Source: Microgenomates group bacterium RBG_16_45_19 (GTDB taxonomy: Bacteria > Patescibacteriota > Microgenomatia > UBA1400 > RBG-16-45-19). Taken from it: a stretch of 57,625 nucleotides of DNA. Below are positions 22,410 to 32,716 of the stretch, in pieces. The stretch is from contig MHDC01000038.1 in NCBI GenBank assembly GCA_001803415.1, forward strand, positions 1 through 57,625. Direction: 5' to 3'. The translations under genes and the position numbers were made by a program. The notes under the pieces are model-generated. The model saw only the letters and a program-made list of their open reading frames with translations. It searched no databases and was not told where the DNA came from. Position 1 is the stretch's first letter; each line of letters begins with the position of its first letter.

Positions 22410-23692
22410 GTCAGCTGGTCAATACCTTAAGTCATGTTTTTGCTATTGTCGAATTGCGTCGTAAAATTTTCTTTACCCTGGCCATCTTTGCTGCCTATCG
22501 GCTTTTTGCCCATATTCCCTTAGCCGGGGTAAACACCGGCCAACTTAAGGACCTCTTTGCTCAGAACCAATTTCTGTCATTGCTGGATATTTTTTCCGGC
22601 GGCACCCTGGCTAACTTCTCCATCATGGCTTTGGGTCTAGCCCCCTACATTAACGCCTCGATCATTCTCCAACTCCTAACTTTAGTTATTCCCAAATTGG
22701 AAGCTTTGAGTAAGGAAGGTGAAGCCGGCCGGGAACAAATCAATCAATATACTCGCCTCCTCACTCTCCCCTTAGCCGTGGTTCAGGCCATTGGTGTGCT
22801 GTTTCTTTTAAACAGTCAAAGCTTACTCATCCGTTTTCAGTTACCCACTCTCATTGTCAGTGTCGTCATTCTGGTGACCGGTACTGTCATTGCCATGTGG
22901 CTGGGTGAGCTGATCACTCTTTACGGTATCGGCAACGGCATCTCCATGCTCATTTTAGCCGGCATTGTCGCTCGTTTGCCCGTTTCCTTTGCCCAAACTT
23001 TATTTACTTCCCAGGCCGAAACTATCTTTAACTTGATCATGATTATCGGCATCGCCGTTTTGGTCATTGCCGGCATCGTGGTTATGGATGTGGCTGTTCG
23101 TAAAGTCCCCATTCACTACGCCCGACGGGTGCGTGGCAGTCGGCTTTTGGGTGGCCAAAGTACCTTTTTACCCTTAAGACTTAATCAGGCCGGGGTGATT
23201 CCCATTATCTTTGCCGTTTCCCTGGTCTTAGTCCCCTCGATTGTCGGCCGGGTTTTAACCAACCTCCCCAATCCCACCTTAGCTTCACTGGGAGCTAGTC
23301 TGGTCGCCGCCTTTTCTCCCCAAAGCGTCGTCTATAACCTGATTTACTTCGGCTTAGTCGTCTGTTTCACTTATTTTTATACGGCGGTGGTTTTTGATCC
23401 ACAAAAAATAGCCGATGAAATCAAGAAAAACGGCGGCTTTATTCCCGGAATTCGCCCGGGTAAAGCCACGGCCGACCACCTTTCTTACATCATTACTCGG
23501 ATTACCCTCTTGGGAGCCCTATTTTTAGGGGTGATTGCCATTATGCCCTCGATTGTCCAAGGCATTACCGGGGTGACCGCCCTGACTATCGGCGGCACTG
23601 GTATTTTAATCGTCGTTTCCGTTATTTTAGAAACCTCAAAGCAGGTCGAAGCCATGCTCGTCATGCGCAATTATGATAGCTTTTTGGATTAA
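22406..23692 (+). CDS. secY: Preprotein translocase SecY
   Basis: [39 protein letters not shown]; multiple TM helices. Confidence 0.99.
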   Translation: MSQLVNTLSHVFAIVELRRKIFFTLAIFAAYRLFAHIPLAGVNTGQLKDLFAQNQFLSLLDIFSGGTLANFSIMALGLAPYINASIILQLLTLVIPKLEALSKEGEAGREQINQYTRLLTLPLAVVQAIGVLFLLNSQSLLIRFQLPTLIVSVVILVTGTVIAMWLGELITLYGIGNGISMLILAGIVARLPVSFAQTLFTSQAETIFNLIMIIGIAVLVIAGIVVMDVAVRKVPIHYARRVRGSRLLGGQSTFLPLRLNQAGVIPIIFAVSLVLVPSIVGRVLTNLPNPTLASLGASLVAAFSPQSVVYNLIYFGLVVCFTYFYTAVVFDPQKIADEIKKNGGFIPGIRPGKATADHLSYIITRITLLGALFLGVIAIMPSIVQGITGVTALTIGGTGILIVVSVILETSKQVEAMLVMRNYDSFLD

Positions 23693-23710
23693 TGCCCATT
23701 AAGGGGGATC

Positions 23711-24274
23711 ATGAAAATCATACTCATTGGTATTCAAGGCGCTGGTAAATCGACTCAAGGCAATCTGCTCTCCCGCAAGTTAAAAATTCCCTACCTTTCT
23801 TCCGGTCATATTTTCCGGGAAATGGCCAAGGAGAAAACACCCTGGGGTCGTTATGTTAAAGAGACCATTAACGCCGGCGTCCTCATTCCTGATGCCAAAA
23901 CGGTTAAAATTATCGAAGCCTATCTTCAGCGCCTCGAATATGCCAACGGCTATATTTTGGATGGTTTTCCGCGGACTGTACCTCAGGCTAAAGCTTTTAG
24001 TAACGGCGTCGACTGCGTTATCTATCTGACTGTCTCCGATAAAGAAGCCCTCTGGCGTCTTTTTGGTCGTTTAAGTCAGGAAAATGGTGTCCGGGAAGAT
24101 AATACTTTAGACGCGATCTACAAACGGATTCAATCTTTTCATGAGCATACCAAGTTGGTCATCAGTCATTACAAACGCCGGCGTCTTTTAGAAGCAGTTG
24201 ATGGCGAACGTCCGATTAAAGTCATCTATCAGGATATTCTGCGTCGTTTGCCTAAATATTCTTCCCGACCTTGA
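23711..24274 (+). CDS. adk: Adenylate kinase (short, LID-less type)
   Basis: GIQGAGKSTQ P-loop, LDGFPRT, REDN; follows secY. Confidence 0.93.
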   Translation: MKIILIGIQGAGKSTQGNLLSRKLKIPYLSSGHIFREMAKEKTPWGRYVKETINAGVLIPDAKTVKIIEAYLQRLEYANGYILDGFPRTVPQAKAFSNGVDCVIYLTVSDKEALWRLFGRLSQENGVREDNTLDAIYKRIQSFHEHTKLVISHYKRRRLLEAVDGERPIKVIYQDILRRLPKYSSRP

Positions 24275-25020
24275 TGGTTATGTCCACGGCTTCCGCTTAC
24301 CTTGACACTTTTCGCCAAAACGGTCATAGAATTGCTACCATTAGGCGCACTTTAGTTAACTACACCCAAACTCAAAAGCAACTGGCTGCTATCGAAGCTT
24401 TAGCTAATCGCTTGATCCAAAAGGCCGGCGGTGAACCGGCCTTTAAAAAAGTCCCGGGTTATCGTTATGCCACTTGCATCTCGATCAATGACGCCATTGT
24501 CCATAGTCCCCCCTTGGGCCAACTCCACTCGGGTGATTTAGTCACTCTCGATACCGGCATGAGTTACCACGGTACCACCTCCGATACCGCCGTGTCCTTT
24601 GTCATTGGCCCACCCACCCCTTTTCAGAGTCACTTTCTTAATGTTGGCCGCCGCACCCTGAAAAAGGCTATTGCCGCCGCCACCGTCGGCCATAAAGTCT
24701 ACCACCTGGCCAAAACCATTCAAACCCACATTGAAGCCGCAGGTTTTAACGTCACCCGCAATTTAACCGGTCATGGTCTCGGTCAGACTATGCACGAACC
24801 ACCCCCCATCCCCTGTTTTATCTCCAAAGACCCGCAATTAAACCAACCCTTGACTGCCGGTATGGTCTTGGCCATTGAAGTCATGTACATGGCCGGTAAT
24901 TGGCCGCTTAAAACCGATCCTGATGGCTGGACCATGCGGACGGTTGATGGTTCTCTGTCCGCCGTCTTTGAAGAGGATATTTTAATTACACCCCGTGGAC
25001 CAGAGGTCCTGACCAACTGA
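24274..25020 (+). CDS. map: Methionine aminopeptidase type I
   Basis: Metal ligands in LDTG..SDTA, GHGLG..MHEPP, AIEVM, FEE; synteny. Confidence 0.93.
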   Translation: MVMSTASAYLDTFRQNGHRIATIRRTLVNYTQTQKQLAAIEALANRLIQKAGGEPAFKKVPGYRYATCISINDAIVHSPPLGQLHSGDLVTLDTGMSYHGTTSDTAVSFVIGPPTPFQSHFLNVGRRTLKKAIAAATVGHKVYHLAKTIQTHIEAAGFNVTRNLTGHGLGQTMHEPPPIPCFISKDPQLNQPLTAGMVLAIEVMYMAGNWPLKTDPDGWTMRTVDGSLSAVFEEDILITPRGPEVLTN

Positions 25021-25038
25021 CCCAAAAGTGACCTCCTC

Positions 25039-25107
25039 TTGTCCCAGGCTGATTCTTTTGTTAAAATAGCCCCGGCTTCACCTGTTTATGTCAGGTGTAG
25101 TTTTTTT
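25039..25107 (+). promoter_or_regulatory. Promoter plus terminator-like hairpin upstream of infA
   Basis: TTGTCC-N17-TAAAAT (with TG extension), then cacctg-N7-caggtg and a T7 run. Confidence 0.45.
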
Positions 25108-25134
25108 GTTGACCAAAGCAAAAATGCGGAGGGT

Positions 25135-25410
25135 ATGCCCCAAGCCAAACAAATTCTAGAGCTGGAAGGTATCATCACTGAAGCCTTACCTAACACCATG
25201 TTCCGCGTCCAAGTGGCGCCGTCGGCTCCGGAAGAATATCAGGGTCGTACCATCCTTTGCACCTTAAGCGGGAAAATGCGTCTCTACCGGATTCGGGTTA
25301 TGCCCGGTGATGAAGTTCGTCTGGAAATGACTCCTTACGACAAAGATCGGGGCCGGATTACTTATCGCAAGCGGGAACCAGCGGCCGACCATCCTCGGGT
25401 TGCCTCATAA
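25135..25410 (+). CDS. infA: Translation initiation factor IF-1
   Basis: [39 protein letters not shown]; ATG 25135 after GGAGG. Confidence 0.96.
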   Translation: MPQAKQILELEGIITEALPNTMFRVQVAPSAPEEYQGRTILCTLSGKMRLYRIRVMPGDEVRLEMTPYDKDRGRITYRKREPAADHPRVAS

Positions 25411-25459
25411 ATTCTGTTTGGAGGCTACCGTTAATCCCCTTTTCCGTCACAGTCATCTT

Positions 25460-25573
25460 ATGAAAGTCAAAGCCAGTATTAAGCCACGATGTAAACAATG
25501 TAAAATTGTTAGGCGTCACGGGAAAATTTACATTACCTGTGTTAATCCCCGCCACAAACAACGCCAGGGCTAA
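25460..25573 (+). CDS. rpmJ: 50S ribosomal protein L36 (not in ORF track)
   Basis: Translated by hand: [37 protein letters not shown]. Confidence 0.97.
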   Translation: MKVKASIKPRCKQCKIVRRHGKIYITCVNPRHKQRQG

Positions 25574-25585
25574 AGAAAAATAGTT

Positions 25586-25981
25586 ATGCCACGTCTAGCT
25601 GGAGTCGATCTACCCGAAAATAAGCGCGCCGAGGTCGCCCTAACCTATATCTATGGCATCGGTCAGGCTAACGTTAAAGTCGTTTTAGCCAAAGCTGACG
25701 TTAATCCTGATAAACGTGCCCGTGATTTTACCGCTCAAGATATCAATCGGCTCCAAAAAATTCTCGAAAGCTATAACCTTGAGGGTAATTTACGCAAACA
25801 AGTTCATGAAAACATTCAACGTTTACGGCGCATCGGTGCTTATCGTGGCCTGCGCCATGCTGCCGGTCTACCGGTTAGAGGCCAGCGGACTCGGGTCAAC
25901 GCCCGGACCAAACGTGGTCGGCGCATGACCGTCGGGGCCTTGAAGAAAGAAGCCATGACCAAAGTCGAAACCGCTAAATAA
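25586..25981 (+). CDS. rpsM: 30S ribosomal protein S13
   Basis: ALTYIYGIG, YRGLRH..GLPVRGQRT. Confidence 0.98.
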   Translation: MPRLAGVDLPENKRAEVALTYIYGIGQANVKVVLAKADVNPDKRARDFTAQDINRLQKILESYNLEGNLRKQVHENIQRLRRIGAYRGLRHAAGLPVRGQRTRVNARTKRGRRMTVGALKKEAMTKVETAK

Positions 25982-25984
25982 CTT

Positions 25985-26371
25985 ATGCCAGTCGGTCTTA
26001 AACGTCCAGCCGCTGCCCGAGCCGTCACCAAAGGGGCGATGTATGTCGCCGCCAGCTTTAATAACACTTTGGTCACCATTACCGATGAGCAGGGTCAAAC
26101 CTTGTGCTGGAGTTCGACTGGGAAAATGGGTTTTTCCGGTAGCCGCAAATCAACCCCCTTTGCTGCCACCGTCGCCATCGAAAAAGTCTTAGAAGAGGCT
26201 AAATCCTGGGGTTTAAGGGAACTCAAAGTTTATCTTAAAGGACCGGGTGCCGGCCGGGATGCGGCTCTCAGGGTCTTAAAAAACCAACCCTTTAAAATTA
26301 GCTTACTGGCGGATGTCACTCCCATCGCTCATAACGGCACTCGCCCCCGAAAAAAGAAACACAACCGCTAA
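25985..26371 (+). CDS. rpsK: 30S ribosomal protein S11
   Basis: ASFNNT, SRKSTPFAA, DVTPIAHNG. Confidence 0.98.
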   Translation: MPVGLKRPAAARAVTKGAMYVAASFNNTLVTITDEQGQTLCWSSTGKMGFSGSRKSTPFAATVAIEKVLEEAKSWGLRELKVYLKGPGAGRDAALRVLKNQPFKISLLADVTPIAHNGTRPRKKKHNR

Positions 26372-26372
26372 T

Positions 26373-26981
26373 ATGTCTCGCTACCTTGGTCCTAAAAACA
26401 AACTGGCTCGCCGCGCCAATCTGGATTTAAGCTTGAAGACTAATCCAGCTAAATTAGCCCGCCGGCTGAATATTCCCCCCGGCCAGCATGGCCGTAAAGG
26501 CACCAAAAAACTGTCCGATTACGGCTTACAGTTGCGGGAGAAGCAGAAAGTCAAATGGGTCTATGGGGTGCTTGAAGCTCAGTTTAGACGCTATTACCTT
26601 AAAGCCACTAAAAATCCGGCGGCCACCGGTGAAGAATTGCTTCGGCTTTTGGAACGACGCCTCGATAATGTCGTTTACCGCTTGGGTTTAGCCCCGACCC
26701 GTCCCTCAGCCCGACAATTAATTGTTCACGGCCATGTAAAGGTTAACCGTCGTCCCGTCGACCGCCCCTCTTACCAAGTCAAAGTCGGTGACACTGTCAC
26801 TTTGTCTCCCCGGGCTTTAAAAATCCCGACCATAAAAACCCTGTTGGATCAGAAAAATATCTTAGTTCCATCTTGGCTTAAACGCCAGGCTGTCGTTGGC
26901 AAAATGGTCTCCCTGCCACAGAAAAATGACTGGCAGCTGGATGTCAATGAAAATTTAATCGTTGAGTCTTATTCACGCTAA
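26373..26981 (+). CDS. rpsD: 30S ribosomal protein S4
   Basis: MSRYLGP, LREKQK, LERRLDNVVYRLG; ATG at 26373. Confidence 0.98.
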   Translation: MSRYLGPKNKLARRANLDLSLKTNPAKLARRLNIPPGQHGRKGTKKLSDYGLQLREKQKVKWVYGVLEAQFRRYYLKATKNPAATGEELLRLLERRLDNVVYRLGLAPTRPSARQLIVHGHVKVNRRPVDRPSYQVKVGDTVTLSPRALKIPTIKTLLDQKNILVPSWLKRQAVVGKMVSLPQKNDWQLDVNENLIVESYSR

Positions 26982-27026
26982 GCTTGATTAATCATCAATC
27001 ATTAACCATTAACCATAAGGATATTT

Positions 27027-27986
27027 ATGCTTCAACCCACTTTTTCGGTCCAAATTGCTGAAGAAAGCCAAGGTTACGCTAAATTTATTATCGAACCCTT
27101 GGAGAAAGGTTACGGCCAAACCCTAGCCGTTGGCTTACGTCGTGTCTTATTAACCTCGATGGAGGGGGCCGCCATTTCTTCGGTGCGTCTGGAAGGCGTG
27201 CCGCATCAATTTACTACCTTAGCCGGGATGAAAGAAGACGTGGTCGACTTAATTTTAAATCTAAAGCAATTAAACGTCGCCCTGACTGGTGACACCGATT
27301 CAGTCACCCTTAAACTGGATGTTAAAGGTCCGCGCTCGGTCACCGGCGCCGATTTACCGTTGCCGTCAACCGTTGTTTTGGCCAATCCTGATCAACCGCT
27401 TTGTGTTCTAGCCGATAGCAAAGCCAAACTGGTGGCTGAAATTACCATCAGTAAAGGCCGAGGTTACTCTCTGGCTTCGGATCGGCCGACCGGTAGTCTG
27501 GGCGAAATTCCGGTTGATGCCGCCTACTCACCCGTTCGTAAAGTGGCTTATAAAATCGAGGCGACTCGGGTTGGTCGCCGGACCGATTTCGACCGCTTGA
27601 TTTTAGAATTATGGTCTAACGGCACTATTGCCTCCCGTGAAGTTCTAGATCGAGCCGCCAAAATCTTAGTCGCCCATTTTCAGCAGATCTACGAACCGGT
27701 GATCGTCGAGACTCCTAAGGAAATGACTTTTGCCGACCGCTATGAAGACGAAGTCTATAAATTGACCGTTGAAGAATTGGACTTGCCGACCAGAATCGCT
27801 AACGCTTTGCGCAAAGGTGGCTACAAAACGGTTAAAGACCTGGTCAATGCCAAAAAATCAGATATTGCCAAAGTTAAGAATTTAGGCGAAAAGTCAGTCG
27901 ATGTCGTCGCTGGTGCGTTATCTCAGAAAGATCTGACATTAGCCGATGCTGCCGTCGACTCTTCACCTGAAGCTAAATCCCTATGA
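27027..27986 (+). CDS. rpoA: RNA polymerase alpha subunit
   Basis: EPLEKGYG, LRRVLL, DAAYSPV, alpha-CTD NLGEKS. Confidence 0.98.
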   Translation: MLQPTFSVQIAEESQGYAKFIIEPLEKGYGQTLAVGLRRVLLTSMEGAAISSVRLEGVPHQFTTLAGMKEDVVDLILNLKQLNVALTGDTDSVTLKLDVKGPRSVTGADLPLPSTVVLANPDQPLCVLADSKAKLVAEITISKGRGYSLASDRPTGSLGEIPVDAAYSPVRKVAYKIEATRVGRRTDFDRLILELWSNGTIASREVLDRAAKILVAHFQQIYEPVIVETPKEMTFADRYEDEVYKLTVEELDLPTRIANALRKGGYKTVKDLVNAKKSDIAKVKNLGEKSVDVVAGALSQKDLTLADAAVDSSPEAKSL

Positions 27987-28498
27987 GACACCGTCTTCAA
28001 GGTCATAAATTAAATCGTAATTCAGCCCAGCGGCGGGCTTTGTTTAAGAATTTAGCCCGCTCGCTCATCGAACATCAACGACTGACTACTACTTTAGCCA
28101 AAGCCAAAGCCGTCCAAGGTAAATTTGACCGGTTGATGGTTCAAGCCAAATCCGGTACCCTCAAAGACCGCCGCCTCATTGAAGCCGTCATCAATGACCG
28201 GCGTTTGGTTAACCGCTTGGTCATGGACTTGGCTCCCTTAAGTCGCCAGCGGGCCAGCGGTTTTACCCGGATTATCCGCTTAAACCGAAATCGGGGTGAC
28301 GCTGCCCTTAAAGTCCGCTGGGAATTGGTTGATCTGCCTCAAGCGGAACCCGAACCAACCAAAGCCAAAGCTAAAACCAGAAGTAAACTCAAAATTAAAC
28401 CGATGCCGCCACCCACTACCAAAGAATCGCTTAAACCGAAGGCTCCGTCTCCGGTTCCAACTTCGGCCGGACCAGTCACTTTAAGGAAAACACCATGA
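27983..28498 (+). CDS. rplQ: 50S ribosomal protein L17 with Lys/Pro-rich C-terminal extension
   Basis: MRHR...LNR, TTLAKAK, GFTRII, RGDAA. Confidence 0.96.
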   Translation: MRHRLQGHKLNRNSAQRRALFKNLARSLIEHQRLTTTLAKAKAVQGKFDRLMVQAKSGTLKDRRLIEAVINDRRLVNRLVMDLAPLSRQRASGFTRIIRLNRNRGDAALKVRWELVDLPQAEPEPTKAKAKTRSKLKIKPMPPPTTKESLKPKAPSPVPTSAGPVTLRKTP

Positions 28499-28932
28499 CC
28501 ACCACCACCACCAAACTCAGCCAGATTCACCGCTCTTGGTATTTCCTTGATCTAAACGGGCAAACTTTAGGTCGAGCCTCCACTCAGATTGCCGCCTGGC
28601 TCATCGGTAAACACCGGCCTTATTATACGCCCAACCTAGATTGTGGCGATTATGTAGTGGCCATCAATGCTAGTCAGGTTAAAGTTACCGGTCAGAAACC
28701 AACCACTAAACTCTATCGGCATCATACCGGTTTTCCTGGTGGTTTTCGCGAATTAACTTATAGCCAAGTGGCCGCCAAAGATCCCCGGGAGATTATTATT
28801 AAAGCCGTTACCGGTATGCTCCCCAAAAATAAACTCCGCTCGCGCCGTTTAAAGCGGTTGAAAGTGTTTGTCTCAACTGAGCATCCTTACACCGCCCAAT
28901 TAAACCAGGAGTCTTATGGCTCAACCAACTAA
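28495..28932 (+). CDS. rplM: 50S ribosomal protein L13
   Basis: LGR, GKHRP.YTP.LDCGDYVV, GMLPKN. Confidence 0.97.
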   Translation: MTTTTTKLSQIHRSWYFLDLNGQTLGRASTQIAAWLIGKHRPYYTPNLDCGDYVVAINASQVKVTGQKPTTKLYRHHTGFPGGFRELTYSQVAAKDPREIIIKAVTGMLPKNKLRSRRLKRLKVFVSTEHPYTAQLNQESYGSTN

Positions 28933-29338
28933 AACCGCCACCGCCAAAGCCAAATACGTCTACGCCATCGGTCGGCGCAAAACCGCTACCGCCCGAGTTC
29001 GTCTCTTCCTTAAAGCTGGGGATTGGTTGGTCAATGATCAAGCTATCGCTCAATATTTTCCGGGTGAAGTCGCCCGTCATTATTACTCCCAACCCTTAAA
29101 GCTCCTGGGTAAAAGCGAAACCTTCAGTTTTACGTCCAGAATCGTTGGTTCCGGTAAAACCGCTCAACTTCAGGCCATGGTTCATGGCTTGTCTCGGGCT
29201 TTAATTAAAGTCGATCCCGCCTTCAAATCACCGCTTAAACAGGCCGGTTTTATCACCCGTGATTCCCGGATGAAACAATCACGTCAAATCGGCACCGGCG
29301 GCAAAGCTAGACGCAAAAAACAAAGTCCCAAGCGCTAA
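28916..29338 (+). CDS. rpsI: 30S ribosomal protein S9
   Basis: GRRKTATARV, TRDSR, ARRKKQSPKR. Confidence 0.97.
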   Translation: MAQPTKTATAKAKYVYAIGRRKTATARVRLFLKAGDWLVNDQAIAQYFPGEVARHYYSQPLKLLGKSETFSFTSRIVGSGKTAQLQAMVHGLSRALIKVDPAFKSPLKQAGFITRDSRMKQSRQIGTGGKARRKKQSPKR

Positions 29339-29347
29339 ACTAAGGTT

Positions 29348-30340
29348 ATGCGGCGCTTTTTGGTTATCAGTTTTTTCACCTGCCTTTTGATTGGTTTATG
29401 GTCGGTTGGCTTACGTCAAGGCTATTTAAACCATTTTTCTCTACCAGATCCGATTTTAAGTTTTTTTCGTCATTTTGGTTTGACTGGTCCACCCTCACCC
29501 GCCGCCGCCCCACCGGTCCAAACTTCTCCCCAGGAAATCTTTACCAAGATTAATCTCTATCGCCAAAATCAAGCTTTGGCAGTCCTTTCGGCTGATCCCG
29601 CTCTTTGCTCGGCTTTAAATTTAACTGCTGATCAACCCCTGACCGACGCCGTCCTGGCCATTTGCCCCCAGTGTACGCGGGCGGCTTTGGTCACCGCTTC
29701 GGCCTATGTCAGCCCCAACGAACTCTTAACTGCCCTGATTTTTGAAGACGCCACGCATAACCATCTCTTAAGTCCCACCGCTCGTTATTTATGCCCGACG
29801 ACCGCTCAGGGTAAATTAGCCTTACTTTTTGTCGAGCAAGCCACCCGCGAAGCTCTGGCTCAACCCTCGCCAACTTCGGTTCCGGTTAAACCGGTGGTAG
29901 TCGTTTCTCAACCCCCCAAAAACTTTACCGAAGCCGAATTATGGCAAGCCCTGGTTAATTATCGTCAAGCTCATCAACGCTCCAGTTTGATTCATGAAGA
30001 ATCCATCTGCCAATATGCCCGCAAGCGCGTTCAAGACCAAATCAACCTCATGGCCCAAACCGACGCCTCCGCTTATCCCAATTCTGATAAATATCCCCTC
30101 GATGATCATCAGGGTTTCAATCAAGACGCTGATTCCGGCTTAGCCTTTGACCTGGCCGGAAAAAACCACTTAGCCGAAAATTTAGCTTATTGGCCTGATG
30201 CCCAGTATGCCCATCAAATTATTGAATGGGGTTGGGATACTTCGACTGAAGGCCATCGGGAAGCTCAGTTATCCAACGACTGGACTCATGCCTGCCTGGC
30301 CGGTAGCGACGGTTTTTACGTCGCCATCTTCGGCTATTAG
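29348..30340 (+). CDS. Secreted/anchored protein with CAP (SCP) domain(s)
   Basis: N-terminal hydrophobic segment; INLYRQ and VNYRQ repeats, AENLA, GH..QL, C-terminal CAP pattern. Confidence 0.65.
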   Translation: MRRFLVISFFTCLLIGLWSVGLRQGYLNHFSLPDPILSFFRHFGLTGPPSPAAAPPVQTSPQEIFTKINLYRQNQALAVLSADPALCSALNLTADQPLTDAVLAICPQCTRAALVTASAYVSPNELLTALIFEDATHNHLLSPTARYLCPTTAQGKLALLFVEQATREALAQPSPTSVPVKPVVVVSQPPKNFTEAELWQALVNYRQAHQRSSLIHEESICQYARKRVQDQINLMAQTDASAYPNSDKYPLDDHQGFNQDADSGLAFDLAGKNHLAENLAYWPDAQYAHQIIEWGWDTSTEGHREAQLSNDWTHACLAGSDGFYVAIFGY

Positions 30341-31008
30341 CTTTTCAGTAAGCTCAGCTGTCGCTTTCTTAAAAAAGTTCGTTGCTGTTGGTAACTGGGA
30401 TCGAATTGCTCCACTAACTGCCAAAACTTCAAGGAATGATCATGGTGTTGGATGTGGGCCAGCTCGTGAATTACCACGTAATCGATTACCGCCGGCTTAA
30501 AGTGAATCAAGCGCCAGTTAAAGCTTAAATGGTTTTTGTGGCTGCAGCTACCCCAGCGGCTTTTTTGTTGTCTAAAGCGTAGCGGACCTGGCGTAACCTG
30601 CATCAGTCTCGCCCAACTGGCCGACCGCTCCCTGATTTCCCGTTCTCCCTCCCGTTTTAACCAGGTCACCAACATCTTTTTGGCATCTTTTCCCAACCCT
30701 GTCACCGGTGATACCGTAATTTCCTTTGGCTTAACCATGATTCTTGATTCTTGATTCATGATTCTAATTTTATATAGCCTTCCCAAATAACTTACCACCT
30801 TCTGTTCCCAATCAAATACCGGCTGGACTTCTCGATGTAATCTGACTCTGGCTTGCTGTCGCTTAACCCAAGTCTCATTGGTTTTGACGAAGCGCTCAAT
30901 CAGTAGTTTTGGCACATAAGCCGGAGCGGTAACGCCTACCTGCCCGTCGGCCTCCACCCGGATCTTAATTGAACCGCTCCGTCTTAAGCGTTTTAATTGA
31001 TACTCCAT
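30337..31008 (-). CDS. YgjP-like zinc metallopeptidase-fold protein (M48/SprT-like, DUF45)
   Basis: KSRWGSCS, FNWRL, DYVVIHELAH..H..HS..FW; ATG 31008 after GGAGG. Confidence 0.9.
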   Translation of the reverse strand: MEYQLKRLRRSGSIKIRVEADGQVGVTAPAYVPKLLIERFVKTNETWVKRQQARVRLHREVQPVFDWEQKVVSYLGRLYKIRIMNQESRIMVKPKEITVSPVTGLGKDAKKMLVTWLKREGEREIRERSASWARLMQVTPGPLRFRQQKSRWGSCSHKNHLSFNWRLIHFKPAVIDYVVIHELAHIQHHDHSLKFWQLVEQFDPSYQQQRTFLRKRQLSLLKS

Positions 31009-31042
31009 TGCCCTCCTGGTTTTTGTAGTATAAACTACCCTT

Positions 31043-31432
31043 ATGGCTGTCTTTACCACTAATATTGAAACTGCCACTTTGAAGAATTCCCATTTTCGCC
31101 AGGTTTTATTTACTGGCCAACATCAGCAGCTGGTGGTCATGAGCTTAAAGCCCCAAGAAGAAATTGGGGCTGAGGTCCATGATGAGGTTGATCAGTTTTT
31201 CCGTTTAGAAGCCGGTGAGGCTAAATTTATCGTTGATGATCAAACTTTTACTCTTAAAGCCGATGACGTCATAATTATCCCGGCTGGTTCCCAGCATAAC
31301 GTCATCAACCCTTCTGCTTCTGAAGCTCTCAAACTCTACACTATCTACGCTCCCCCCAACCATCCGCCCGGGACGGTTCACCCCACCAAAGCCGAGGCTG
31401 ACGCCGCCGAAGCCACCGCCCACCACTCTTAA
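31043..31432 (+). CDS. Cupin-domain protein
   Basis: QLVVMSL..EEIG.EVH..DQFF, IPAG..HNV, KLYTIYAPP. Confidence 0.9.
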   Translation: MAVFTTNIETATLKNSHFRQVLFTGQHQQLVVMSLKPQEEIGAEVHDEVDQFFRLEAGEAKFIVDDQTFTLKADDVIIIPAGSQHNVINPSASEALKLYTIYAPPNHPPGTVHPTKAEADAAEATAHHS

Positions 31433-31453
31433 TCTGCCTGTTACAATAGCCCC

Positions 31454-32698
31454 ATGCTCGCTCAGCCGGTCTTCCAAGTTTCCGAGTGTATTGAAGCTTT
31501 AAATCAACATTTGTCCCTCGTCGGTGAGATTGTGGTTGAGGGTGAGCTAGGCCGCCTGGACGTTAAGAACGGCCGGTTGTTGTTTGGCACGCTCAAAGAT
31601 GCCGTTTCCAGCTTAGATTTTTTCTCCATGTCTCACCTTGTCAAAAATTTCCGCCAGTTCGAACCAGGCATGTTGGTTCAAGCTTACGGCTCGCCCGGCT
31701 TGTATAAAACCTCGGGCAAATTCCGCCTCTTGGTCAACCAGTTGGTGCCGGTGGGTGAGGGTGCCCTGCAGATCGCCTATGATAAACTCAAAGCCCAGTT
31801 GCAACGGGAGGGATTGTTTGCTCCCGAACGGAAGCGGCCTCTGCCTCCCTGGCCTCAAACTATTGGCTTAATCACCGCCGTTGGCTCGTCCGCCCAAGCC
31901 GATCTACTCAAAATTATTACCGCTCGTCGGGGAGGGTTAACTATTTATACTTTACCGGTCAACGTTCAAGGTCGGGAAGCCATCCCCAGTATTTTAAAAG
32001 CCTTTGCTTACCTCAACTATCATCCATCAGCCATCGATCTGGTCATTATAGCCCGGGGTGGCGGCTCGCTGGAGGACCTGGCTGCCTTTAACTCCGAAGC
32101 CGTCTGCCGGGCTGTTTTTGGCTGTCCGGTCCCGGTGATGGCGGCGATTGGTCATGAAGACAATTGGTCTCTCTGCGATTATGTCGCCGACCTCAGAGCC
32201 AGTACCCCCAGCCACGCTGCCGAATTGGCCGTTCGCGATCGACTCGAAGTTTTAAGAGAAATTATCACTTCCCACCAGTGGCTCCATCAGCGCCTGATCC
32301 GTGATTTAAAAACCAAAGAAACGACAGTAAACCAAGCTACCCTGGCCATTCGCCGCCGCCTTCACCGTCTGACCGCCACCGTTAACCAAACCCTCGGCAA
32401 AATCCCGGTTATGGCTGTCTCGCTTCAATCACTCCTCCATCAATATCGTCAAACCTTGGATCACTCCCTGCCTCAATTTTACAGTCGGCTTAAGCGTGAT
32501 CAGGCTTTAAAGCAGCAAGACTTAATTCATCTAGAACGTCTTTTGACCTCATTGGATTACCGGGTCGTCTTACGCCGCGGCTATTCGATTACTCGCTTAA
32601 AAACCGGCCGCATCCTCAAACGGGCTGATCAAGTCAAACCTGGCGCTGCTCTTCAGACTCAGCTGTCACACGGGGCTATCAATTCGATTGTTAATTAA
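31454..32698 (+). CDS. xseA: Exodeoxyribonuclease VII large subunit
   Basis: N-terminal OB fold, ARGGGSLEDL..FN, AIGHE.., RASTPS, RGYSI. Confidence 0.96.
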   Translation: MLAQPVFQVSECIEALNQHLSLVGEIVVEGELGRLDVKNGRLLFGTLKDAVSSLDFFSMSHLVKNFRQFEPGMLVQAYGSPGLYKTSGKFRLLVNQLVPVGEGALQIAYDKLKAQLQREGLFAPERKRPLPPWPQTIGLITAVGSSAQADLLKIITARRGGLTIYTLPVNVQGREAIPSILKAFAYLNYHPSAIDLVIIARGGGSLEDLAAFNSEAVCRAVFGCPVPVMAAIGHEDNWSLCDYVADLRASTPSHAAELAVRDRLEVLREIITSHQWLHQRLIRDLKTKETTVNQATLAIRRRLHRLTATVNQTLGKIPVMAVSLQSLLHQYRQTLDHSLPQFYSRLKRDQALKQQDLIHLERLLTSLDYRVVLRRGYSITRLKTGRILKRADQVKPGAALQTQLSHGAINSIVN

Positions 32699-32716
32699 TT
32701 TTAAAAAGGAGCCTCT

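Noticed and set aside
2054-29338. Numerous antisense and alternate-frame ORFs within rpoBC, fusA, tuf and r-protein genes
   Set aside because: Shadow ORFs of highly conserved genes with no recognisable motifs or start signals
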